Below are positions 1-9,504 of a stretch of DNA of 64,000 nt, piece after piece. Each line of letters opens with the position of its first letter. Within the stretch, counting starts at the first letter, position 1. The notes beneath the pieces were generated by a model, which saw nothing but the letters and a program-made list of their open reading frames with translations, did not search any database and was not told the DNA's origin. The translations under genes and the position numbers were made by a program. Origin of the DNA: an uncultured cyanobacterium (lineage in GTDB: Bacteria > Cyanobacteriota > Cyanobacteriia > Cyanobacteriales > CAWUOF01); assembly GCA_963744145.1 (NCBI GenBank), contig CAVUSO010000001.1, forward strand, positions 6,272,001-6,336,000. Reading direction: 5' to 3'.

Positions 1-477
1 GCTAGTGACCTCTGATGTTTCTGGAGGTTGACTCAGAATATAAAGATCATCCTGATTTTGATACAGACGTTCTAACAAACCTTCATGATTGGTTACCTGT
101 AAAGCAATATCAATCCCAGGATAACGCTGACAGAATGGTCCCAATAACCGAGGGACAAAATATTCGGCGGTGGTGACTACTGCTAATCGCAAACGTCCTT
201 GCTTGAGTCCCTTGAGATCTGCTATAGTCATCTCAAACTGGGAGATGCGGTCAAAAATTTCTCGACAAGTTTCAAATAACTCTTTACCTGCTGCCGTTAG
301 ATATAGCTTTTTACCCATTTGCTCAAATAGGGGTAACCCAACATACTTGGTGAGTTGCTTTACTTGCATTGAAACGGTAGGTTGGGTCAGAAATAATTCT
401 TCCGCAGCACGAGTAAAACTACCATGTCTTGCTGCTGCTTCAAATACCTTCAATTGATGTAGAGTGGCGTGTTTCAA
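1..477 (-). CDS. cmpR: CbbR-family LysR transcriptional regulator (CmpR/NdhR-like); 3' part runs off the window start
   Basis: Not in the ORF track. The minus strand from TTG at 477 (AGGAG SD at 490-486) reads MKHATLHQLKVFEAAARHGSFTRAAEELFLTQPTVSMQVKQLTK..., a LysR HTH of the cyanobacterial CmpR/NdhR type. The frame is open to base 1. Confidence 0.85.
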   Translation of the reverse strand, partial: MKHATLHQLKVFEAAARHGSFTRAAEELFLTQPTVSMQVKQLTKYVGLPLFEQMGKKLYLTAAGKELFETCREIFDRISQFEMTIADLKGLKQGRLRLAVVTTAEYFVPRLLGPFCQRYPGIDIALQVTNHEGLLERLYQNQDDLYILSQPPETSEVTS

Positions 478-520
478 TTGCCATTCTCCTTAATTTAATC
501 GTTATATTCTAGTCAATAAT

Positions 521-536
521 TTATCATAATTATTTA
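521..536. promoter_or_regulatory. Putative LysR (CbbR-type TNA-N7-TNA) autoregulatory site
   Basis: TTATCATAATTATTTA lies about 45 nt upstream of the LysR start. The reverse complement of 522-536 matches 12605-12619 exactly. Confidence 0.45.
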
Positions 537-620
537 AACCAGTGAATTTTATTTATGATTTTGAGTAAAAAAAATCGCGTTTCTCAGAATGGTTAAGTCC
601 GGTTAACTGATCTGTATTGG

Positions 621-709
621 CCCCCTAATTCCTCAGCAACCTGTCCCACCAGTAAAGCAGTGGTGAGAGGACTGTTGAAAAAATTTAAACCTTCACCAGA
701 GAATAATTA
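621..709 (+). repeat. Degenerate ~90-nt dispersed repeat, copy 1 (MITE remnant)
   Basis: Aligns by eye with 2794-2881 (CCCCTAA..CCTGTCCCA..AGTAAAGC..TGGT..GAGGACT..AAAAATT..AAACCTT.ACCAGAGAATAATT). Confidence 0.7.
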
Positions 710-789
710 GTATACTAGGATGCGATCGGATAGAAGGTGGTTAAAATAAATGGACTTTCTGAGAAGTCGTGGTTTTGAATTTTATAATA

Positions 790-925
790 CAATACGGTTC
801 CGTTAAGTGTAGGGGTGAAGCATTCGGGCGACAATTTAACAATCAAGCCAGTAATATTAGATCCGAATGCTTCACCCTTCTTCTGCGCCGGGATCTCCAA
901 AAATATTCTTAACTGAATGGATTTT
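790..925. mobile_element. MITE-like element with CAATACGGTTCCGTTAAG-type ends and an internal REP-like hairpin
   Basis: Left end CAATACGGTTCCGTTAAG (790-807), right end CTTAACTGAATGGATT (908-923). Internal inverted repeat GTAGGGGTGAAGCATTCGG (809-827) / CCGAATGCTTCACCCT (863-878). Confidence 0.6.
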
Positions 926-959
926 AATATCTAGTTGATCTGTTAGCTGCATAGATAGT

Positions 960-1051
960 GAGGGCAAAGCATTTCGGTAATATTATACTTCGTTTAAGCC
1001 ATCATTTATTTGCCGAAATGCTTTGCCCCTACAGTTAACTGAACCCTATTG
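960..1051. repeat. REP-like hairpin followed by a MITE-type end
   Basis: AGGGCAAAGCATTTCGG (961-977) pairs with CCGAAATGCTTTGCCCCTAC (1013-1032). GTTAACTGAACCCTATTG follows at 1034-1051. Confidence 0.65.
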
Positions 1052-1285
1052 TTTTATAATCATCAAAAATTGCTGGCCAAGGTTGATGATTCATATTAGT
1101 AATTAGTAATTAACAGTTCCGTAATTTCTCCTCTTTTTGTCCATCACAATTAATTGCTCTACTTGCCGAAACCTTGAAAATATTGTAACCTATATATGGA
1201 CAGTGAGCAGGGAAAAAGCTGATGTAGTAAGCATAAGGAAATTCCATAATTTTTACTGATCACCATAAGTACAGGAGAGCTTCCT

Positions 1286-1879
1286 ATGATTACTCAAATT
1301 GAAACGACACCAACCTATTCGCCAGAAGAATATTTAGCATTAGAGATTGTCTCAGAAACTCGTAATGAATATATTAATGGGGAAATAATTCCAATGGCTG
1401 GGGGAATGCCAAATCATAATCAGATTGCACTGAACTTAGCTGGAACTTTAAATTTCTTGCTCAAGCGCCAACCCTATCGTGTCTTTGTTACCGATCAACG
1501 TCTGTGGATACCACAAAAGGGAATCTATACCTATCCAGATGTGATGGTAGTGAGTGGAGATTTGATTCTGCAAGAAGGTCGGAAAGATACGATCATAAAT
1601 CCTGCTTTAATTATTGAAGTATTATCTAGATCAACTGGGAAATATGACCAAACCGAAAAATTTATTTTCTATCGATCGCTTGCTACATTCCAGGAATATA
1701 TATTAGTCGATCAATATCAGTATTATGTCCAGCATTATGTCAAAACAGGTGTAAAAAAATGGGAATTTCAGGAATACGATACTTTAGAAGAAGAGATTAA
1801 ATTTTTGACAGTTCCTTGTGCGATCGCCCTTACAGATATTTACGACAAGATCGACCTAGAAATCCCCATAGATTCCTAA
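1286..1879 (+). CDS. Uma2 family (DUF820) PD-(D/E)XK endonuclease
   Basis: Motifs EYINGEII.MAGG..NH, YPDVMVV, IIEVLSRST..YD..EKF..Y, EYILVDQ. AGGAG SD. Confidence 0.9.
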   Translation: MITQIETTPTYSPEEYLALEIVSETRNEYINGEIIPMAGGMPNHNQIALNLAGTLNFLLKRQPYRVFVTDQRLWIPQKGIYTYPDVMVVSGDLILQEGRKDTIINPALIIEVLSRSTGKYDQTEKFIFYRSLATFQEYILVDQYQYYVQHYVKTGVKKWEFQEYDTLEEEIKFLTVPCAIALTDIYDKIDLEIPIDS

Positions 1880-2079
1880 AAGCATCTTCTCAATTCCTAC
1901 AATACTTATGATCAAACCTTAGTTTGCCTAATTTTTAACCTGTTGACTAATTTGTCATTTTTACATCTGTATGTCAACATATGTAAAATTTTGTATCAAG
2001 ATTCAACATTTCTGCTATAGAGAGTAGGATTGAGGAGACAATATGCTCCCTGGGGTAAGATTCCTGAAATCAAACCAAA

Positions 2080-2280
2080 GTGGTGAAGATACTCATGGTT
2101 AATCCCCGCTACGATCCAGAAGAGGATGTTTCTAGACATAGTGCTGTTAGTCCTGAAGATTGCATAAAAATGGCTAAGAATCAGGGATGGAAGTTAGTTA
2201 GGACTGAAAAACTAAATCAGGATATTCTCGATACTGATTGTATTTTCAAGGGTAAAACTGAGTTTCCAAGTAGTTACTAG
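2080..2280 (+). CDS. Small hypothetical protein (66 aa; an in-frame acidic tail ETDEED follows the TAG)
   Basis: ORF with protein-like composition, tightly upstream of the 2304 ORF. Confidence 0.6.
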   Translation: MVKILMVNPRYDPEEDVSRHSAVSPEDCIKMAKNQGWKLVRTEKLNQDILDTDCIFKGKTEFPSSY

Positions 2281-2303
2281 GAAACCGATGAAGAGGACTA
2301 ATT

Positions 2304-2735
2304 ATGTTCAAATACATTATTTTTAGAGCAGATGAATACCAACCGGGGGCTGGCGATCGCAAGCTCCAGCACACCCAAGGACTAACGAATATCTTGGCTG
2401 AATACTTCGATGCTAGTGATAGCCCTATCCCAGAACCGGGCTATAGACCCACGGATTTTGTTAGGGTTGAAGCCGAACAGGTCCCCGGTAAACATGGCTG
2501 GTCTACTCACTACAAGTCGGGGGATTGGGAAGTAAGCAGAGTGGAAGAATATACCCCTGATTTACCAATGGGTACTGAGTTTGGAATGGTAGTTATTTGC
2601 TACTGCAAGTACAGCCCCGTCGATGCTCCCCTTAGACCCATGCCCGATCGCATTGTCTCCCTAGATAGTTTTGGTGGTAACGAAGATCGATATCGTGAGT
2701 ACATGGAATCCCAGAAAGTTAAGGTAACAGTTTAG
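2304..2735 (+). CDS. Hypothetical protein (143 aa)
   Basis: ORF with GAGGA SD; no recognisable domain. Confidence 0.75.
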   Translation: MFKYIIFRADEYQPGAGDRKLQHTQGLTNILAEYFDASDSPIPEPGYRPTDFVRVEAEQVPGKHGWSTHYKSGDWEVSRVEEYTPDLPMGTEFGMVVICYCKYSPVDAPLRPMPDRIVSLDSFGGNEDRYREYMESQKVKVTV

Positions 2736-2793
2736 TCGATCGGTGAATGCGACATCTAGAGAAATGACCCAGAGAGTTGCGAGGTGGCGATCG

Positions 2794-2881
2794 CCCCTAA
2801 TCCCTAAGTACCCTGTCCCACGAGTAAAGCGGTGGTATGAGGACTTTTGCAAAAATTCAAACCTTGACCAGAGAATAATTA
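2794..2881 (+). repeat. Degenerate ~90-nt dispersed repeat, copy 2
   Basis: Direct-orientation match to 621-709. Contains AGGACTTTTGCAA, the reverse complement of the left-end segment of the MITE at 43400. Confidence 0.7.
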
Positions 2882-3134
2882 ATCAATAGAATAATTAGTC
2901 AATTAGGTGGCGATCGCTATAGTTCTGAGAGAAATGGCCAAATAAAAATCTAGCAAGCATCGACTAAATATATCTAGACATTAGACAGGATAAGAGTTTT
3001 AATAGAGAAAATACCTCTACTGACTAGAGGTATAAGTTATTCAGGCTTTCCATTTAGACGTTCTTATCAAGTTGTTTAAGTGAAAGCTATAGATAGTGAG
3101 CAATTTACTAAGATTACTCTAAACATTAAACTAT

Positions 3135-3719
3135 CTATAAGTCCTCAAAAATTGCATCGACACTAATTACTATGTCCGGAAATGAAAGAGGCGAGATCCT
3201 GTCACCGGGTCTAAATTGTTGGATACTTTCATAACCATTAGTGTTAGGATTGCGATAAACCTCAATTAATTGGGCTTCTATGTCTACGAGCCAAAGTTCA
3301 ATAATCCCAGCTCTACCATAAAGAACTGATTTCACATTACGATCATGGTCAACTGTAGTAACCGATACTTCAATTAGTAAATAGATGTCTTGGGTTTGGG
3401 GATGTGATTTTATGTAATCATCACCACGAGGTTTCAGGATTGATAGATCGGGTTCCGGTTCTAATCTTCCGTTCAACCTGATTGGGCTTTGAGTTGCGAC
3501 TAAAGCACGGTCATTTAAAAGTTTAGAAAATATTCTATCTAACCGAATTATGCACCCTGCATGACGACTACCCATTGGTGCCATATAAATAATATCCCCA
3601 TCAATTAGTTCTGTCCTACCATCCCCAAGCATCCCCAACTCACCCAGCTGGTAATATTCCTCTACCGTGAATTGCTTTCTTGTTGGTGTGGTTGCTACTG
3701 CGATCATCTTTCTCACCAT
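3135..3719 (-). CDS. Uma2 family endonuclease
   Basis: FTVEEYY, ELIDGDII.MAPMG..H, EPEPDL, LLIEVS, YGRAGIIELWLVD. Close paralogue of 36404-36988. Confidence 0.9.
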   Translation of the reverse strand: MVRKMIAVATTPTRKQFTVEEYYQLGELGMLGDGRTELIDGDIIYMAPMGSRHAGCIIRLDRIFSKLLNDRALVATQSPIRLNGRLEPEPDLSILKPRGDDYIKSHPQTQDIYLLIEVSVTTVDHDRNVKSVLYGRAGIIELWLVDIEAQLIEVYRNPNTNGYESIQQFRPGDRISPLSFPDIVISVDAIFEDL

Positions 3720-3792
3720 CCTATTTACTGACTAGCTCCGCTAATTCTCATTTTAATTGCGTTCACGTAGTGAACCTTATGTAATCGCCACT

Positions 3793-3867
3793 CTAGCAGA
3801 TTTCCAGTATATGGCCACACATTGAGAAAAGGTCTTCAACAGCCGTAACGAGAAAGACGAGGCGCAT
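3793..3867 (-). pseudogene. Truncated RelE/ParE-type toxin remnant
   Basis: ATG directly after the antitoxin stop reads MRLVFLVTAVEDL..., like a ParE N-terminus, then stops after 24 aa. Confidence 0.45.
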
Positions 3868-3868
3868 A

Positions 3869-4144
3869 TTATCTTATCGTCGGAGCGGAGTTTTCATGAC
3901 TGGTCTCCCATGAATCCAGCCAAGCTTCTACCTGATCGCCATCAACCCATTCTGCATTAACGCTATCTGCAAGAGTTACAGCCTCTTCAATCATGGCAAT
4001 CTGCCAGATTTGCTGCTCGACATAGATGGCGATCGCCTCAGCAGCTAACCATGATTTACTACGACGAGTGCTTTGGGCAAGGGCTTCCAGCTTGCTCTTG
4101 ATTTCTGGTGACAGGCGAACGGTAACAGTTTCACTGCTAGACAT
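3869..4144 (-). CDS. CopG/ribbon-helix-helix antitoxin-like protein
   Basis: TVTVRLSPEIKSKLEALAQSTRRSKSWLAAEAI (RHH) and C-terminal V.AWLDSWET. Start placed at ATG 4144. Confidence 0.8.
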   Translation of the reverse strand: MSSSETVTVRLSPEIKSKLEALAQSTRRSKSWLAAEAIAIYVEQQIWQIAMIEEAVTLADSVNAEWVDGDQVEAWLDSWETSHENSAPTIR

Positions 4145-4510
4145 GGCAGAAGCCTCTTTATTTTCCCTATTGTTCCCTATTCTAGCTAATGTGTTCATGT
4201 ACACAAGTAAATAAGCTATGAATTCAGTCGAAAAACAGCTATAGCATCGACCGTCCCTAAAATTGAAACAATGTGAGATTGCTTCATAAAACCAAGTTGC
4301 CCTAAATTAGCAATACCGCTTTTAATTTAGTTTTTCTGCGATCGCCCCTCAGAAGTCTAGAAATATTCGACAACTCCATGAAAAATTACCCCTTGACTTG
4401 CGGTAATGAATGCGATAGCCTAAAACAAAATAGTAAACCTATAGGCTAAATTTCAGCAATATAGAAAAGTCTGTATCTCCAACAGTATTATAATCATTAT
4501 AAGCATTCAA

Positions 4511-4864
4511 ATGATTAAGAAAAAATTAAAAAATATTGACATGATTCCAGCCAAAGCTATTGCATGGATTAAGATTATTGGTTGGCTATTAGTTACAACA
4601 ATTATAGCTATACCGATGGGTTATCGTTCCGCAACCCATTTACTAGCAATGGCAGAGCTTTATAATATAATCTATCTAGGTATTTATTTGGTGTGTATAT
4701 GTGGTTTGCGTATAGAACTATTAGATTTTCTACTTTTTCGATTTCCTCAAAGGAAAACTGAAATACGAATAATTGTTTTGGTTTTTATAATGCTATATCC
4801 TTCCATAATAGCATATCCTTTAACTGCTTTGATTAAATATCTTTTTAAATGGAGTTTAGATTAA
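4511..4864 (+). CDS. Hypothetical membrane protein (3 predicted TM segments)
   Basis: 117-aa hydrophobic ORF in very AT-rich DNA. Confidence 0.55.
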   Translation: MIKKKLKNIDMIPAKAIAWIKIIGWLLVTTIIAIPMGYRSATHLLAMAELYNIIYLGIYLVCICGLRIELLDFLLFRFPQRKTEIRIIVLVFIMLYPSIIAYPLTALIKYLFKWSLD

Positions 4865-5014
4865 TTACACAAATATTTTTTAGATTAGAGTTTATCTTAT
4901 TTTTTAATACTACTATTTTTAAAACCTACAGACTAAACTTTCAGCTATATTGCTTAATCTGGGATAAATTAAAAGTAATCGCACCCAACCCTAAGAAAAT
5001 AATCAGGAAATATT

Positions 5015-5575
5015 GGCTCTTCGGTACTTGTTATGCTAAACTATTAGTTAAAATGCCAGCTTAACAAGCATCTTATTCGGAAATTTTCAAAGTTTCTAAA
5101 TCCATATCCAGAACGTTTGATCAGCTTAAGCTTGTTATTAATTCCTTCAACAGTTCCATTGGTTGTTCTCTGATCAAAGTAAGCGATAATTTCATCAAAC
5201 CAGCGGATAATAGTATTACTAATATTTGGGAATAATTTTTTCGCTCTCGATAACCATATACCTAGTTTAAAAACTCCCACATACCAATGATTCGTGTTAT
5301 TAAAAATTTTCCTAATCTTTTCTTTCAATTCGTGCATTTCTTTCAAAATGGGTGAGACATTTTTAACTTGAATGAGTTGTTCAATTTGCTGATCATTTAA
5401 TTTATCTTCATTTTTAAGCAAGGCATATTTACTATTTTTTAGTCCCGCTAGTATTTCTTCATATTTAGGTTTATCTGTTGAATTTGCGTTCTTACTTAAA
5501 TCTTCAATTTTTCGTTTTTCGGTTTTTCTTTGTGTATCTAATTCTTTATTAATCTGTGCCATTACATGAAATCTA
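5015..5575 (-). mobile_element. ISL3-family remnant (3' part of transposase plus right end)
   Basis: RFHV...KYALLKN...TTNGTVEGINNKLKLIKRSGYGFRNFENFRIR is the ISL3 C-terminus (stop at 5044). GGCTCTT terminus at 5015. Truncated at 5575 by another IS. Confidence 0.85.
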
Positions 5576-5870
5576 AGTAATTGTACAGAATTATTTACAA
5601 TAATAACATAATGTGTTAAGCTTGAATAGTTGAAAGTAGGGGCGTATTGCAATACGCCCTTACTAAAAAAATGATATTTCTACGAGAAATTAATCCCCTT
5701 TCCGTTAAATTACTAAAGCGAATTTATCATCAAAGCCGACATCACCAGGTGCGTCAAAGAGCTCATTGCCTAATCTTAGCAAACGACGGTGTAAAAGTCC
5801 CAGAGTTGATGAAAATTTTCAACGTCAGCTCTAAAACAATTTATAATTGGTTTGGGCGATGGGAATCATC
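5574..5870 (+). mobile_element. IS630-family element, 5' fragment (left end plus HTH N-terminus from ATG 5671)
   Basis: TAAGTAATTGTACAGAATTATTT end at a TA. ORF MIFLREINP...VRQRAHCLIL...SKTIYNWFGRWE is IS630 HTH-like. Cut at 5871 by a second IS. Confidence 0.7.
5636..5663. repeat. 28-nt GTAG-type REP-like palindrome
   Basis: GTAGGGGCGTATTGCAATACGCCCTTAC; other copies at 22614, 34455 and 35446. Confidence 0.9.
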
Positions 5871-7028
5871 TATAGCACGCCTAAATGAGTTGTGCAATTT
5901 GATGTCATGATGATATGGTAAAAGTGGAAATAAAAATTGGGGGGCAAATATGTTAGATGAACTAGAAAACCAAGAGAGGGAAGAAAAGCTGAAAGAATTA
6001 ACTGAGCATCTAGCTAATGTTAAGGATATCAGAGAACGGAAAAGAGTGGCTGCCGTAAAGTGGAGATTGAGCGGGAAAAGTTATGCGGAAATTCAAAGCT
6101 TATTAGGAGTATCAGTAAGTTTCATCGCTCAGACACAGAGAAAATACTTAAAGAGAGGGCTAGAGGGGCTAAAATTAGCATACCAGGGGTCAAAAAGCTA
6201 TTTAACACCAGCCCAGATGGCCGAAATACAAGCATGGCTAATTTTGCCCAAAAATCGGAATATTTCGGAATTAGAAAGGCATTTAATAGAGCAGTATGAT
6301 GTGGTATTTAAGTCGCAGGAAAGTTACTATCAGATTTTAAAAGAGAGCAAATTAAGTTGGCAAAAAGGAAACAAAGAGAACCCGCGAAAAGATCCAGAAC
6401 TGATCGATAAAAGAAATCAAGAAATAGCGGAAAAGTTAAGTAAGGTCAGGGGTGAAATCGAATCGGGAGAGTTGATTGCGCTCGCCTTAGATGAATGTCA
6501 TTTGCAGGGAGATGATATTTGTAATTACCTCTGGGGAGACCGAAAAAATCGGGAGATTGTGAAAGTAGATAATGACCGAGATAGACAAACCTATTATGGG
6601 GCGTTAAATTGGTGGACAAAAGAATTTATAGTCAGTCCGTATTCAACCGGAAATGGGCAAAATACCGTCAAATTTCTGAAGGAAATTAAAGAGCGTTATC
6701 CCCAAAAGAAATTGCTACTGATTTGGGATAGTGCCAGCTACCATAGAGGAGAGGAAATGAAGCAGTTTTTGGCGAGAGAAAATGAAGGAAAAACCCCAGA
6801 AAATTGGGCAATAACTTGTGTTCCATTTGGTTATTATGCACCGGAAGAAAACAAGCGTCGAGGGAATATGGTTACAAGTCAAAAATTTGATCCGCCGTTT
6901 TTATTACATCTGTAAAAATTTCTCGATAGTTAAAAGGTTATTTCAATTCTTTTTTAAGTTCTGCCTGTTCAATCCACCTAATTTGAAAAAATACGATGCC
7001 TTTGCACAACTCATTTAGACTCACTATA
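5871..7028 (+). mobile_element. IS630-family insertion sequence with both ends
   Basis: Inverted termini TATAGCACGCCTAAATGAGTTGTGCAA (5871-5897) and TTGCACAACTCATTTAGACTCACTATA (7002-7028). Confidence 0.9.
5950..7018 (+). pseudogene. IS630 DDE transposase with a frameshift near 6850
   Basis: HTH, ALDEC, IWDSASYH, YAPEEN in one frame; VEGIWLQVK continues in the +1 frame (ORF 6818-7018). Confidence 0.85.
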
Positions 7029-7153
7029 GCAAGAGATTTATAGCCGATCCTCGGAATTTACAGCGTTAGAAAATTTAGTTGCTCAATGGTAAAAAATGAC
7101 AAAGCTTGCCATAATTAAGAATAAGCCATGAATTCAGTAGTGCCATAAAAACT

Positions 7154-7405
7154 ATGAATATCTCTCTTCCTGATACTCTGCGGGACTACATCGAACAACA
7201 AGTAAAAATCGGAGGTTACGGAAGTTCCAGTGAGTATATCCGGGCTCTAATTCGTCAAGACCAAAAGCGAAAAGCAGAAGAACATCTCCAGTCTCTGCTA
7301 CTAGAAGGACTTGATTCGGGAGCAGCTCTACCAATGAGCGATCGCGACTGGACTGAAATTCGCCAAGCAGTTCGAGATAAATTGAATCAACAACAACATG
7401 GGTGA
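7154..7405 (+). CDS. parD: ParD-family type II antitoxin (RHH)
   Basis: MNISLPDTLRDYIEQQVKIGGYGSSSEYIRALIRQDQ..LLLEGLDSG. Overlaps the toxin start. Confidence 0.9.
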   Translation: MNISLPDTLRDYIEQQVKIGGYGSSSEYIRALIRQDQKRKAEEHLQSLLLEGLDSGAALPMSDRDWTEIRQAVRDKLNQQQHG

Positions 7406-7727
7406 AATTCGTAAACATCCGCAGGTTATTCGGGACTTAATTGAGATTGCTACCTACATTGCAGAAAATGATCTTGATCGTAGTGATAACTTTCTTAGTG
7501 CGGTAGAAGAAACTTTTAAACAACTGGGAAAAATGCCCCAACTTGGCAAGAAATCTTATTTTTCTAACCCTCGGTTACAAAATATTAGGCAACTTGCAGT
7601 GAAAGGATTTGGAAAATATCTCATTTTTTATCAGACAATGGAAACAGGAGTTGAAATTATTCGAGTTATACATGGAGCAAGAGAAATTGAAAGCATCCTA
7701 GAAAATGATCGCCAAGAAGAAATATAA
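7398..7727 (+). CDS. parE: RelE/ParE-family toxin
   Basis: DLIEIATYIA..., MPQLG, YLIFY, VEIIRVIHGAR. Confidence 0.9.
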   Translation: MGEIRKHPQVIRDLIEIATYIAENDLDRSDNFLSAVEETFKQLGKMPQLGKKSYFSNPRLQNIRQLAVKGFGKYLIFYQTMETGVEIIRVIHGAREIESILENDRQEEI

Positions 7728-7979
7728 ATGGGAGAAGTAGAGATTGGGAAACTTGCATCCACCGAAACCATGTCAAAGCCGATTAGCATAGAGCCACATC
7801 TATCGTTAACCTCATTATACAAACAACCACACTAGCGGTTTAATTTGGCGATCGCCACTGGGGAAAATTTCTCAATCAGCGAGCGATCGATTCGGGTACT
7901 AAATATTGGGTGGAAGAATTTTAATAATGAATCAAACGACCGCACAAGAATTGATTAATTTAACAATGAGTATTTATAA

Positions 7980-8747
7980 TTACTTATCTTCAATATAAAT
8001 TGGCAATTTTTCCAAATCTGGCAATTTAACTAATTCTGATTCAGCTGGTTTATCCTTAACCTTAATTGGTAACATTAAAGGTTGAGGATATTCGATCCAA
8101 CAACTAGCCAAAGGTAGAGTTTGTTCCATTTCCTCCAATGGTCGAGGAATCACCATTAAAGTATTAAATTCACCAATTCTTTCTGCTTCATACATTCCTG
8201 CTTCCACAGCGACCACTACATTAGCTACTGTGCCACGAATAATAGCAGTACATAATCCATTCCCGATCGTTTCATAAGAAGCTAAATGAACTTCTGCGGA
8301 TTTGAGCATCGCATCACAAGCACCTACCATCGCGGGAAAACCGCGTGTTTCTAACAAACCGATTGATTGATTACTTAAACGACTATGGGCACCTTGAGCT
8401 AATTGATTCAAACGATTCCCAATCGGTAATACTGCTTCCAGATTAGGTAAAGGACGAGCAATCACTAAAGTGGAAACTAATTGACCGAACTGTTCTGCGG
8501 TTTTCAACCCAGCATCAACCGCTAAACGTACATCAGCAATCCGACCACGTACTATTGCAGTGCAGTAACCACTACCAATTTTTTCATAGCCAACTAAAAA
8601 TACTCCAGCCGACTTTAGCATTGCATCCGCAGTACCGACGATCGCCGGAAAACTGCGGGTCGATACTAATCCTAGAGCCATTTCACTCACATTAACCAAC
8701 TGTGGCGATCGCTCGTAAGTCCGCCGATCTTGATTTTGGACTTCCAT
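7980..8747 (-). CDS. ccmO: Carboxysome tandem-BMC protein CcmO
   Basis: Two BMC domains (ALGLVSTRSFPAIVGTADAMLKSA; IGLLETRGFPAMVGACDAMLKSA). Last gene of the ccm operon. Confidence 0.95.
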   Translation of the reverse strand: MEVQNQDRRTYERSPQLVNVSEMALGLVSTRSFPAIVGTADAMLKSAGVFLVGYEKIGSGYCTAIVRGRIADVRLAVDAGLKTAEQFGQLVSTLVIARPLPNLEAVLPIGNRLNQLAQGAHSRLSNQSIGLLETRGFPAMVGACDAMLKSAEVHLASYETIGNGLCTAIIRGTVANVVVAVEAGMYEAERIGEFNTLMVIPRPLEEMEQTLPLASCWIEYPQPLMLPIKVKDKPAESELVKLPDLEKLPIYIEDK

Positions 8748-8804
8748 CTCAAACCTCTGGTAATCAGATATTTCACCTAACCATCAGCATATCAATCTAT
8801 TTAG

Positions 8805-9443
8805 CTAGATGTGGGGTGATTGACCATTGAGATCGGTTGGTTGCTGAGGTTGATGATGGGGAAATAATGTCACCCGGAGTTGACTCAGATGTTTATAAGC
8901 ATAAATCTGACCCGCAGATCCGGGAGTAGATGCTGGGGTTGATCTGTCTGCTGTGACATCTTCAGGAATAGGAGGGACTTGTGGTGGGAGCGGATCGGTT
9001 GTGAGAGGATGATCAACCTTAATTGACTCATCTTCTGTGATGATGGGTGACTCATCTCCTGTCGTGGGAGATAAAGATTCCCTAATTTCACGTCCATGAT
9101 CTCCCCACAAGGAACCAGCACTTAATACTTGCGCTTTTTCCAGGGAACAATTGAGAATAGTGCTTCCTGTACCAATACAAGCATTTGCGCCAATTTTGAC
9201 ATTGCCGACCACCAGCACTCCTGCGCCAAGGGTTGCTCCAGTTTCCACTTCAATACTACCCTGGTGAGCGTGCAGAACTGCACCCATCCCAATACAAACA
9301 CCAGCAGCAATGACAATGTGACAATCTGGATCGGCTTGGAGAATTACTCCTGTGGCGATCGCGGCACCTTCGGCAATATTAACATCGCCACTCGCATAAT
9401 ACTGGGAGTTACCAAGGAACGGTCGTAGTGGCGACAAATACAT
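8805..9443 (-). CDS. ccmN: Carboxysome assembly protein CcmN
   Basis: Hexapeptide-repeat N-terminal domain, Pro-rich linker, C-terminal peptide IYAYKHLSQLRVTLFPH. Alternative GTG start at 9455. Confidence 0.92.
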   Translation of the reverse strand: MYLSPLRPFLGNSQYYASGDVNIAEGAAIATGVILQADPDCHIVIAAGVCIGMGAVLHAHQGSIEVETGATLGAGVLVVGNVKIGANACIGTGSTILNCSLEKAQVLSAGSLWGDHGREIRESLSPTTGDESPIITEDESIKVDHPLTTDPLPPQVPPIPEDVTADRSTPASTPGSAGQIYAYKHLSQLRVTLFPHHQPQQPTDLNGQSPHI

Positions 9444-9504
9444 TTGCTGTTGCACCTTTATGGCTCAGACAAGAACGACGGGGGTTGACAATCAAAACTG
9501 ATTT

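Noticed and set aside
170..457. Short antisense or overlapping ORFs in the track (e.g. 170-457, 16006-16416, 63488-63901)
   Set aside because: They lie opposite or within well-supported genes and show no independent coding signal.
5576..5670. N-terminal extensions of ORFs 5044-5652 and 5647-5910 (MQYAP/MQYAL)
   Set aside because: Both starts come from the TTG inside the REP palindrome. They are artefacts of the inserted repeat, not real protein N-termini.
7770..7835. MSKPISIEPHLSL peptide resembling an IS630 transposase N-terminus
   Set aside because: Too short, and no element end could be identified.
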